Assembly: GCF_009914755.1 (NCBI RefSeq)
Contig: NC_060937.1
DNA: 64,000 bases
Source of the DNA: the human T2T-CHM13v2.0 reference genome, Homo sapiens
Strand: one strand, 5' to 3'
Shown here: positions 30,600 to 42,487 of the stretch, one piece after another
Layout: each line of letters begins with the position of its first letter
How positions within the stretch are numbered: position 1 is the first letter of the stretch
Notes under the pieces: model-generated
What the model saw: only the letters and a program-made list of their open reading frames with translations
Told to the model about the DNA's origin: nothing
Database searches by the model: none
Program-made: the position numbers and the translations under genes

Positions 30600-33590
30600 C
30601 TGTAGGAAGGAAAAAACTTCTTTTAATACTTAAAAGTGAAGAAAATTCAGGCAACTATGACCAATATTTTTAAGCAAAAAAAACAAACGCATTCCATATT
30701 TTTGGCACAGTAAATATTTTTTTCTTATCTAGGAATTATATGGGGCTAAATTTGATAATTTAAAAAAAACTACTCACCAATATTTACAACGAGGATCATC
30801 CAATATTTGTAATGTAACCTAGCCAAAAATGCAAAACTGACCAGAAAGTATTATCATGGTCTTAGGGTTTTGTTTTATAACACTTAGGCTAAATTTAAAT
30901 ATGCCAAACAAATGCATTTGTTCCTAAACTTTTATGCTTATTTTTATGTATAAATTAAATTTTATGTGGATGATACGAACTACAAAACACATTATCAGAT
31001 GATTTGATCATTTTCTTGCTAATGTTCGAGAATCAAGGCAAAAAAAATGAAGTCTAATTTAGGGTCAAAGACTAGTGATAATGTTCCCTTTAATTTACGT
31101 AATTAAAAAGTTTTGAAGAATTATTTAACTCTATGTCACAACATTTATTTCATTATTTTTAGATTTGAATGACAGATTACTTTTTTAATAAACTATTTTG
31201 AAATCATGAATCCTTTAGGTGTCCATTTTGAGTAAGATATCAGGCAAAGAGTTTTTCAGGTGGACTAACAAAATGTGCAAAAAATTTGAAAATACTTCGG
31301 CAACCCTAGAAAAAAATCATCGTCCTCAGCCTTTGTGTTGATGACGAGACTAAGCTATTTTATTCAGCCACTCCCTTCAAACAGAAGTTGCCTTATAAAA
31401 GCAATAATAGTCTGGGAAGTTTTCCAAATTCATTTATACAAAAGTAAAGAGTACAATTAGAGCTACATTTTATAGCGTTTTTCATTATTTCATTATAATC
31501 TTAATCTCACACAGGACTGTCTGTACCTGTTGTGTGTAGGGCAATGGAGCCTTCGTTGTGTGCATCCTTTTGTGATTTTAATGCATTATTCTGTAGTAGG
31601 TATGCAGGAAAAAATTCAAGCCTTTCATCAAAGACTCACTCCGCGGAAACGTTACATACAAGATAGTAACTCAATTTGACAATATGTTTGCTTTCTTTTA
31701 GATGGAGCTGGTCAATGTGTACTTCCTAGTTTTCAAACTTAGAAGGTTTCCCTGACATTTCTAAAACGTACATTGTGAAATATCAGCAGACATAGTAGGA
31801 AATTGTAAAATGTTTATATGTTCATTTGGGATCACAAATGTCACTACAGCTCAATTTAATTGCAATTGTAGGAGGTAACTTTGGGCACAACAGCTACTCT
31901 ATTTTCATAACTATGTTATGTTCCAATTTTTTTAAGTAAAATGTGTTCTTTACTCTTATGATATAACTGGATTTGTACTGTGATTTTCAACTTGAATATT
32001 AAGCTTTATATACCTTTCCTGGTTTGAAGGCAACCTGTACTAATAACTCCTGTCACTATTATTTTAGTTTTCCACTTATTTTTTATTTAACCAACAATCT
32101 GAAAAAAACATCTAGAACCAGAGAAAGGGAAGTGTAGAAACAACTAAGTGTGTTTCTCAATGAGCCTGGTTGTACCCATGCATAATTCAGAGAGTGGTCC
32201 AAATAAACTTAATACTGATAAATAATACTGTGAATACAGTTACAGTTGTAACTGTACATCAACTGGCATCTTAAGAAAAAAAATCACATCTTTTATTTTT
32301 TTAAATTTTTTTTTGCTTCTGTAGCATCAGGCACTCTGCTAAGTAATTTTTATTATTATCCCACCAAATTTTCACAAAAATAATTTTCATATGAATATAG
32401 ATATATCTTGACACATTTTTAACTACAATTGAATTAGGTAGAATACAACACACATTTTCAAAATTACTATATTGGTGGCTCTATCTATAACATTTAAAAT
32501 GAAGTGATTTTCTGAATTTTTTACTTATTCAATGGGCAATTTAATAAGTTTCAAGGCTTCTATCTAATGTCTCCTATTTATTAATATTACACTAAAATTC
32601 TGTTCAGTAAGCGTAGCTCCCCACACTATTAAGACTATATGTTAATTATTTGATTAATAATATGATATAGATAATAAATTAGATTAAATTATCAATATAC
32701 TCATCCTTTGGTAATCTTCATATACCATGTTAGTGTTCCAGAATACAATCTGTAATAGTTTAAACTGGAAAAGATAGCCTCCAAGAAAATATAGGTTAAA
32801 ATATTATGTCCTTAAAATATTATGCCACACTGCAAATCATCGACTTGACTCCTTTATCATTTAGTAATTCCCCTCTGCATTCCTCATAATTATTTTTGGT
32901 TCTGAGGTTTACTCTATCTGAAATTAATATAGCAATTTTAGACTTGTATTATCATTACCGTGGTGTATCATGGTATAGCAATACACAGCACAAAAAAATG
33001 TAGGTATGTCTTTAATGAAATAGGTAAAGAATATATATGTAGAATATTTTAGAACCATAAAATAAACCAAAGAGAATCTAAATAGACATTAATTCTATGT
33101 TTATAGATAAAAATATTAACTATAAGAAAATTATTATTTTTAATTTTTTTCTGTTTTTATTTACAAAGTTTAGTGAAGCAATATGGCATCACAATTTAGA
33201 AATACTTTAATCTCACTATAATTTAACATTTAAAAATCTAATTTTTGATATTCAACAACAAAATTATAAAAATAATTTTACATTTATAAAATGAATCATT
33301 ATTTCACAACACATTAGTCATTCATATTACCTGAAAACAGTTGTATGCTACATAAAAGGAATAAATTTCCTTATCAATATTTTGAAAATATGTCAAAAAA
33401 TTAGTTCCTTTTTATCCAGCATTTTTGACAGTTCAGTATACAAAATATTATATTACAAATTTCCTAATTATAGTTATTGAAGCCAAATCATTACTAATAA
33501 TTTCTAAAACATAGCTGTTTGCTAAACATATATGGATAAATTAGAGGTTTCATTAAAAATGAACTTTATGTTTTGTATTTTAAAGTTATT

Positions 33591-33941
33591 TGCTATGTTC
33601 TGAATGTTTGTGTTTTTTAAATTTCATATGTTGAAATCTATTCCTTGGGGTGATGCTATTAGGAGGTCTTTGGAAGGTGATTAGGGGCCTTTGGGAAGTG
33701 ATTAAGTCATGAGGATTAGTGTCTTCATAATAGACACCCCAGCAAAGCTGCCTTGTTTCTTGCATGTATCAGGGCAAAGCTAGAAAATGGCAGGTATGAG
33801 TCAGAGATCAAATTTGCCAATTCCTCTAATTCCTTGATCTTGGACTTCCCAGCTTTGACAACAATAAGAAATACATTTTGGTTGTTTATAAGCTTCCCAA
33901 GTTATGGTATTTTGTTATAGCAGTCTGCATGGAACAAGATG
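33591..33941 (+). mobile_element. MLT1A/MLT1A0-like solo LTR
   Basis: TGCTATGTTCTGAATGTTTGTG...TTCATATGTTGAAATC...CCTTGATCTTGGACTTCCCAGC...TATGGTATTTTGTTATAGCAG. Confidence 0.85.
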
Positions 33942-34840
33942 GCATTTTTTATATCTTCTAAGAGAAAGCCCAGCAAACTCAACAAAAACCTGCAAAAGGA
34001 TATTTGTATGTATAAAAATAAAAAAAAATATTATTCATGAAGCAGACACTACAGTAAGTTTTCAAAAAATAAGAGTTAACCCCCATCAAACAATGATATT
34101 TTTTATGGTTTCACAAGGGTAGCAGGTCTTGAAGAAATTTTACTGGTTTCATTAAACCAATTATAGCTTTTAAGTAACCATTTTTCTACATTGAGTTTAA
34201 TTTTACCTCAGCAGCCAATAAGTTAACATTAATATAATCTTTTTACTTGTAGTGTAAGTGGGATTTATGACATCATAATCTTAGTACTGCTTAAAGACCT
34301 TGAGAAAGATAATTTAATTCAATCTTTTACATCTTGGAATAGTTTTTCTAAAATACATCATTGATATTAATAATTACACAGCCAGTCTTCCCTATCAACC
34401 AGAGAGGAACCACTGACTCATGAGGTAGCCCATGATTAATTTGTTTTAAAATAAGCTCTAGCTTGGAGATGATATCAAGTAGTTTAAGGCTTCAGTGAAG
34501 AATATTCCTCTGTCTGGAATTAAACAATTGGTACATCCCTCAGCTGCTGGATTTCAAAAAGTCTTCTAAGTCAATTATTTGAATCTGTTTTTGTTTTCAT
34601 CAAATCTACTTGGTGAATATTTTATTTTTTTAATTTTTTTAGAAGAAAGTCTTGTTAAAACTACAAAAGTTGTTTCTTATTAAAACTGCAACAATTTACA
34701 CTCATTGCTTACATGTAAATATATTATAGGCAACATGATAGATAATATCCAATAACCACTCAATTGCATATATTTAAAAAACACACTGTGAATAAGAAGT
34801 TTGCATTTTTTATTCCACAAAAAAAATTCACAATCATTAA

Positions 34841-34970
34841 AGTCAACCGGACCTAGATTTACATTTATGAACTTCGGTTATGTTCTTAAACCCTCAATTT
34901 ACGTTTATTTTATTTATAAAAGAGAGATAATACTCTCTCTCCTAAAGTGTTGTTGTAAGGACTAAATAAG
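34841..34970 (+). mobile_element. MIR fragment
   Basis: Degenerate MIR core: TATAAAAGAGAGATAATAC...GTGTTGTTGTAAGGACTAAATAAG. Confidence 0.6.
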
Positions 34971-34974
34971 GCAC

Positions 34975-35230
34975 ATTGGTGGTAGACAGCTAATTTGTCC
35001 CCAGGATCAGCTTTCTTGGAGTGTCATGGCTTTGGCTGACACAGAAATTGCACCTATAGATGATTCTCCTGGCCGCCCTGGGACCCAGCTGCAGGCATGT
35101 GCTGATTTCTAGTCAATGGAGAATTATTTCTAGATTGTTTCAGGAGAAAGAAATAAATGTCTGTCTAATTGGAGTCAATCTTTTAGGAGTTTCTTTGTTA
35201 CTGGTTAGCCTGTATCTTAACTAACATATC
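34975..35230 (+). mobile_element. Old MLT1-type LTR remnant
   Basis: CAGCTGCAGGCATGTGCTGATTTCTAGTCAATGGAG...AGAAATAAATGTCTGTCT...TTTGTTACTGGTTAGCCTGTATCTTAACTAACA. Confidence 0.5.
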
Positions 35231-37229
35231 TTAGCTTAACATAAATCTTCAAAGACAGTCACATTTAAAAAAATATCCATGCTTTCTTGGAATGGCTTTT
35301 TATAATTTCCTAAACTTAGGATAGGCATATTTAACTGTAGACAAAAGAGATGCTTCTTTGCCACAGAACTCCCATAGGAGATTCTTCAAAAAGATATACC
35401 TTATTCTACAGCAATTGCTTTATTTTTCTAATCAACAAGTTCGTAATTTATTGAAAAAAAAACCTTCAGTTTATATTAAACTGAGATTTCTGATCCACAG
35501 TTCTAATTTTAAAAAGTACATTTAGTTCTGCATCACATCACAATAAAGCAATTACTTATGCATTTCAATCAATATTAAGGAAACAAATCAAAGGTGTTAT
35601 TAGGCTTAACAGATGCAGGCAGAATGCAAGGGAAGATGGAACAAATACACTATATAAACATCTTCAAACTCAAATATACATTGGTTTCATGTGAAAGTTT
35701 CACACAGTAGCAACAACAAACAGAATGAACATAGGATACTGTCTTATAACAGTTCCATGAAGAAGCCTTGGATCAGAGTTTGCCAAAAGTACTATCTTGA
35801 GATGTTTCAAGACAAACAGCTTTTCACATTTATGCAGTGCTGTTCAGAAATAAACACGTTTTCACAATTGTTTTTGTTTGAAGAGAGGCTGGTGAAATGA
35901 CTGAAGCTTGATTTGTAGCTGTTCTGTAATCTTCTTGTGCAAAGCCTTGTGGTGGGGAAGGGAGTGGGGTTTCAGGAGTTCAGATGTGGTCTTCATAAGA
36001 ACCAGTGTGTACATGGGACCTAAAAGTACAGTTTGTCCAGTTAATGGATCTTGAGATAAATGTGGATGTATTGGATGATGGAGATGACTACTATCATTGG
36101 AAGCCCCATTTAACATTTCCTGAAGTAGGTGGCCAATTTAAGTCAACCGCAAAAGTTTTTTAAACAATCTGTATTTGCTCAATCATTTGCCAAATGATGC
36201 GCAGCAGTGTGGGCAGCAGCAGAAGCAACTCTCCAAACCTCCCCCAGGGAGCCATACTGCGTGCGGATCATTGACGGAGTTCTCCAAACCCATCCGCCCT
36301 TGGAATTGCATGTTCTTAATGTTTATTGGATCTATGTAGCCCATTTAAGTGTAGCCCTTTCACATCTGGGCCAAAAAATACAATTGCCTTTTGGATTTCT
36401 TGAAATGGTTGAACCAGTTCAACTAGAACCCGACTGATTACACTGCTAATCTCAAATTCACAGCTGTTGCAGTGAATAATATAGTTGTTTCCCAAAAGCA
36501 AAATATCTTTATACATCATGGATCTCTTTATAGCTCCAGGCAGTTAAGTGTTCTCCTGCATGATATCTCAACAGCGCCACCTTGTCATCCAATGGTAACT
36601 GACAGAAGGCAGGAATATATTTAGCCCATTCCACCAAGACTAAGAGCTGCTGTTTCAGAAATTCACAGACATCACCAACACTTTTATTTTATTTTTTTTA
36701 ACATGTATATCAGTACTTGCCCCAAGGCTTGAGACTGAGATCTGGCAAGACAGAACTTCAGCTTGTGCCAGTGTGTTAATGGAGGGGATATTGCTGCCAT
36801 CACATGTGCTTCTTCTGGTGCTTGTTCTATTGCATTCATTATGCACAACTTCTTTTTCCATTCCTGCTCTAAAACACTTTCTTAATTGACCGTATCTACA
36901 TTGATTTCTTTTGGCCTTGTCAACAAACATTGCCGACGGAACCTGCAAGAATAAACGTTACTCTTGCATATGCTGCATCTGAAGAAGCCCTTGCACCCAC
37001 CACAGCTCGATGCCCCACAGTGTTTTCCTGTTGCCTTGACTCACATATAGCACAAAGACAGATGAGACTGTTGTCTGGGTATTCATATTTGTCCTCTCTG
37101 GGGCAGAAGTACCTGCGCAGAGCCACTCCGGGAGCTCTGGAGCTGCAGTCACTGCCCTGCAGCCTCCTCATCTCCCTGCAGCAGGTCCCTTCCATCCACC
37201 TCAACCGCGGTATCTGGTGCCACACTTTT

Positions 37230-40200
37230 GACAATTATTTTTCAATTGATTTACAGATTTAATATAATTCCAGTAGAAATCCAAGTGAGTTATGCTGTGC
37301 ATATTGACAAACTGGTTCAAATGTTTACATGAAAAGACAGGAGCCCCAGAATAATCCACAACAAACCAAAAAATAAAAAATAAAAAAAAAAAGCAAAGCT
37401 GTAGAACTGACACTACCTGATTTCTAGAATTACTGTAAATCTATTGTAATCGAGATACTATGGTTTTGATGCAAGGAATAGACACATAGATTAATGGAAG
37501 CAAGCCCTTAACTAGAATCACACAAACGTAGTGAACTGGTCATTGGCAAAGAAGCAAGGGCAATCCAGTGGAGAAATGAATGTCATTTTACCAAGTGGTC
37601 AGGAAAAATTAGACATCACCTGCCAAAAAGTAAACCTAGGGATAGATGAAAGATCTCATACCTTTCAGAAACAATAGTCCAAAGTACATCATAGAACTAA
37701 TTGTAAAACATAACACTATAAAACTCCCAGAAGAAAACCTAGGCAAAAACATATGATTTTTGTTTAGCTAATGTGATGTTAAATACAAAACTGAAGTCAC
37801 AGTCTATGAAAGAAAAAGCGATGATGTGAAGAGTTGTTGAAGTTGAAATATTCTGCTCTGTGATAGACACTGTAATGACAATTAAGAGGCTAGTCACACC
37901 CTGGTAGAAAAAAAATTGCAAACACATATAAAGGATTTGTATAAAAATATACAAAATACTTTTATAACTCAATAATAAAAATAAATAATCCAATTGAGAA
38001 ATAGACAAAACATCTAATCAGACACTTCACAAATTAATATATACAGATAGCAAACAGGTATATGAAACTACTCCACATCACATGCCATGATGGAATTGCA
38101 TATTAAAACTCCAATAATAAGATAGCACTACATATCTATTATGATGGCTGTAACCCAAAAATTTGATAATACCAAATTCTGGGAATAAATCAAAGCAATA
38201 GGAAGTCTCTTTCATTACTAATAAGAATGCAAATGGTACAGTCATCTTGGAAGACAATTTGGCCGTTTCTTACAAAGCTAGATATAGTCTTACCATAAGA
38301 TCCTGTAATTGTGCTCATAGATATTAGCCAAATTAAGTTCAAAACTTATGTTCAAACCAAAACCTGCACATAAATGCTTGTAGAAGCTTTATTCATAATC
38401 CCAAAAAACTGCAAGTAATTAAAATCTACAATAGGTGAATAAATAGTCAGACTCCAGAATATCCATTCACTGAAATATCATTCAGTGATCAAAATAAGTA
38501 ATTTACATTTCCTTTATATTTTTTATGGCTTGATAAATATAAAGGAAATGAAAATGTGCATTGCTAAATGTATTAGTCTGTTTTCACGCTGCTGATAAAG
38601 ACATATCCAAGACTGGGTAATTTATAAAGAAAAAAAGGTTTAATGGACTCCACAGTTCCACGTGGCTGAGGAAGGCACTTAATCGTGGCAGAAGGCAAAA
38701 GGCACATCTTACGTGGCAGCAAGATAAGAGAAAAGGAGAGACCCAAGCAGAAGGGGAAACCCCTCAGAAAACATCAGATCTCATAAGACTTATCACTACC
38801 ATGAGAACAGTATGCAGGAAATCACCCCCATGATACAGTTATCTCCCACTGAGTCCCTCCCACAACACGTGGGAGTTATGGGAGCTACCATTCAAGATGA
38901 GATTTGGGTAGGCACATAGCCAAACCATATCATTCAGCCCCTGACCCCTCCCAAATCTCATGTCCTCACATTTTGAAATCAATCATGCCTTCCTAACAGT
39001 CCCCCAAAGTCTTAATTCATTTCACCATAAACTCAAAAGTCCACAATCCAAAGTCTCATCTGAGATAAGGCAATTCCCTTCCAACTATGACCCTGTGAAA
39101 TCAAATGCAAGTTAGTTACTTTCAAGATACAATGAGGTACAGGCATTGGTTGGATAAATACACCCATTCCAAATAGGAGAAATTGGCCAAAACGAAGGGG
39201 CTAAAAGCCCCATGCAAGTCTGAAATCCAATGGGGCAGTAAAATGTTTATGCTTTGACTCCATGTCTCACATCCAGGCAAGATGTGGGTTCCCATGGTTT
39301 TGGGCAGCTGTGCCTCTGTAGCTTTGCAGGCTCCTTTCCTGGCTCCTTTCAGGCTTGCATTGTCTGTTGCTTTTCCAGGCACACAGTGCAAGTTATAGAT
39401 GGATTTACCATTCTGGGGTCTGGAGGATGGTGGCCCTCTTCTCACAGCTCCACTAGGCAGTGCCCCAGTGGGGACTCTGTGTGGGGGCTTCAACCTTACA
39501 TTTCCCTTCAGCACTGCCCTAGCAGAGGTTCTCCATGATGGTCCTGCCCTTGCAGCAAAATTTTGCCTGGACATCCAGGCTTTTCCATACATCTTCTGAA
39601 ATCTAGGTGGAGGTTCCCAGAACTCAGTTCTTGACTGTTGTGCACCCATGGGCTCAACACCATGTAGAAGCTGCTAAGGCTTGAGGATTGCACCCTCTGA
39701 AGCCATGGTCCAAGCTGTACCTTACCCTCTTTTGGCCATGGCTGAAGCAGCTGAGATACAGGGCACTAAGCAGCCACTGCACAGAGCAGGGGGACCCTGG
39801 GCCCTGCCCATGAAGCCACTTTTTTCTCCTTGGGCCTCTGGGCCTGTCATGTGAGGAGCTGCCAGAAAAGTCTCTGACATACCCTGCAGACATTTTCCCC
39901 ATTGTTTTGGGGATTAACATTTGGCTACTTGTTGCTTGTGCAAATTTCTGCAGCCAGCTTGAATTTCCCCTTAGAAAATGGGTTTTTGTTTCCTATTGTA
40001 TTCTCAGGCTGAAAATTTTCTAAACTTTTATGCTCCATTTCCCTTTTAAAACTGAATGTTTTCAGCAACACCCAACTCACCTCTTCAATGCTTTGCTGGT
40101 TAGAAATTTCTTCCATCATATGCCCTAAATCATCTCCTTCAAGTTCAAAGTTTCACAAATCTCTAAGGCAGGGGCAAAATGCTGCCATTCTCTTTGCTAA

Positions 40201-41810
40201 AACATAGCAAGAATCAACTTTACTTCATCTGCAACAAGTTCCTCATCTCCATCTGAAATCGCCTCAGCCTGGATTTCATTGTCCATATCATTATCGGCAT
40301 TTTGGTCAAAGCAATTTTACAAGTCTCTAGCAAGTTCCAAACTTTTCCACATTATCCTGTTTTCTTCAGATCCCTCCAAACTGTTCCAACCTCTGCCTGT
40401 TACCCAGTTCCAAAGTCACTTTCACATTTTTGGGTGTCTTTACAGTAGCACCCCACTCCTGATATCAATTTACTGTATTAGTCTGTTTTCACACTGATGA
40501 TAAAGATATACTTGAGACTGGGTAATTTATAAAAGAGGTTTAATGGACACACAGTTCCACGTGGCTGGGGAGGCCTCACAATCATGGTGGAAGGTGAAAG
40601 TCACATCTTACCTGGCAGCAGGCAAGAGAGAATGAGAGAGCCAAGCAAAAGGGGAAATCTCTTATAAAAACGTCAGATCTCATGAGACTTATTTACTACC
40701 ACTAGAAGAGTATGGAGGAAACTGTCCCCATGATTTAATTATCTCCCACTGGGTCTCTCCCACAACATGTGGGAATTATGGGAGCTACAGTTCAAGATGA
40801 GATTTGGATGGGGACACAGTCAAACCATATCACTAAGGGACAGAATCTAGTCTGAAAATCTTGCATACTTTTTGATTTCAATTACATGATATTGTGGAAA
40901 AAGCAAATCTATATACAGTTAAAAGATTGGTAGTTATCAGGGATTATGAGGATGACAGTAGGATTGATTAAGATGTATAAGGATTTTTAAGGCAGTAAAA
41001 ATAGTGTATATGGTCCTATAATTGTAGATACCTGGCACTGTGTATTTGACAATACCCCTAAAACTTTACATCACAGAAAATAAACAATAATGTATGCAAA
41101 TTTTAAAAAATCATTTAGGAGACCCACAGATCCCAAGAAGGAATGCAGACTGTAACAACAGAATCTAACTGTATTGCAAATGTATGAAAAAACCTTAGTG
41201 ATGGAGTGGGAGAAAAAGCTGCTGACCTAAGTAACTTCAAAATGAGTGAGGCCTATAAGACAAAATACAAAAGGAAGTGCACATAAACACTATACTATAG
41301 TTGATAAAATTGTTTCCTATGGGAGTGTGGGTAAACAATTCTGATATATATTATATATATCAGTATGAAATACTATAATATATATCAGTATGAAATACTT
41401 AAAATATGTATGGAATTGAAAACAATAAATGGATGTGACATATGATGGGAAGCTTGTTTCTTACCAATGGTGTGGAAATTTACAGCTTAGCACGACAAGA
41501 AATTTAAAGTGATCCATGTGGCAATAAATTAAAGTTGAAGACATAAAAAAATTATGTTAATATAGATACATATGTCTACATGTAGAAATGTTTATAGACA
41601 TGAGTATATACTTGTGTTAGCTTATACACAGATGTGTATAAGCTATTTTGTTGCTCTGAGAGCTGAGAATGAATAAAAGAAATCAGCAGAAGTGGCTCTT
41701 AGTTCTTGGTTTTGACTACCATTTTTCATTAAAAGGAACCAGTGCTGCTTGGCAAAGTTGCTGATTCTAGACCCAGGGCAGGATTTACACAAGATGAGCC
41801 TGGACTGAAT
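37230..41810 (+). mobile_element. L1MC/MD-like ORF2 end and 3'UTR (right half of the host L1; left half at ~32975-33139)
   Basis: AATTGATTTACAGATTTAAT..., CTGACACTACCTGATTTC, GGTACAGTCATCTTGGAAGACAATTTGGC; interrupted by THE1. Confidence 0.8.
38569..40832 (-). mobile_element. Complete THE1 (B/C-like) MaLR: LTR 38569-38932, internal 38933-40473, LTR 40474-40832
   Basis: Two ~360-bp direct repeats TGTATTAGTCTGTTTTCAC...CAAACCATATCA around a ~1.5-kb THE1 internal region; 5-bp TSD CTAAA/CTAAG. Confidence 0.95.
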
Positions 41811-42487
41811 GGAAAGCCAAAGAAAATGTGCATAATCAAATGTGTAATGAGTGAGGAGAATAAAACATCAAATCTTTAAAAATTTTCAGAGGTTGATTAA
41901 CCACTGAGAGCAAATATGATTGCTTTCAGCCCTGTACCCTTCCTAATGATTAAAACACACACACAATCAAACACAAAAGCAAAAGCAAGTGTGTGTTTAC
42001 TATAAATAGAAAGTAAATTAATTTCCAAGTAATGGAGAACAATTGAATTTGAAAATGTGACGCCTGGTCATTTTTGTAATAATTCTGTAATAAACATATT
42101 TCTGGAGCACTCATTAATCTATTTAATCCATATTATGGAGAAAGGATAAATAATCATGGACACACTATTTTTGATCTTATGAAGCAATGAACAAATGCAT
42201 GCAAAGGCCATTACTAATGATATCACCTAAACCATAGGTACTTTACTAAAACTACAGCAATCACATCTCCTATTTAAGTTTATAGTATTCTAGCTGCAAA
42301 TAAGTGAAAAGCCTCTAAATGATATAAGCCCAAAAGTCTCTATCGTTACAGATATAATTAAATGTTAAAAAGGCACTAGAATAGATGAAATTTTTTCATC
42401 TTCAATCATTCAAACTTAAGGAGAAGATTCCTTATTTCATAAATATCCTCATCCAGTTAACTGGTGTAATGCTATGAAATGTAAGTA

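Larger units (their letters stand above)
33140..37229 (-). pseudogene. HNF4GP1: Processed pseudogene of hepatocyte nuclear factor 4 gamma (5' leader, CDS and probable long 3'UTR)
   Basis: Intronless HNF4G homology from ATG 37086 to TGA 35862: [89 protein letters not shown]. Multiple frameshifts. The left boundary is less certain and is inferred from AATAAA (33156-33161), the T-rich tract and resumption of the host L1. Confidence 0.93.

Noticed and set aside
31685-31880. Possible plus-strand exon (TTTCTTTTTAG acceptor, GAG|GTAACT donor)
   Set aside because: The donor is weak and such pairs are common by chance in T-rich DNA.
35862-37234. HNF4G-like ORFs as a functional gene
   Set aside because: No introns, several frameshifts, a lost zinc-ligand cysteine and an internal deletion indicate a pseudogene.
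39122-39649. 175-aa ORF, the longest in the window
   Set aside because: Decayed THE1 internal ORF remnant, common genome-wide.
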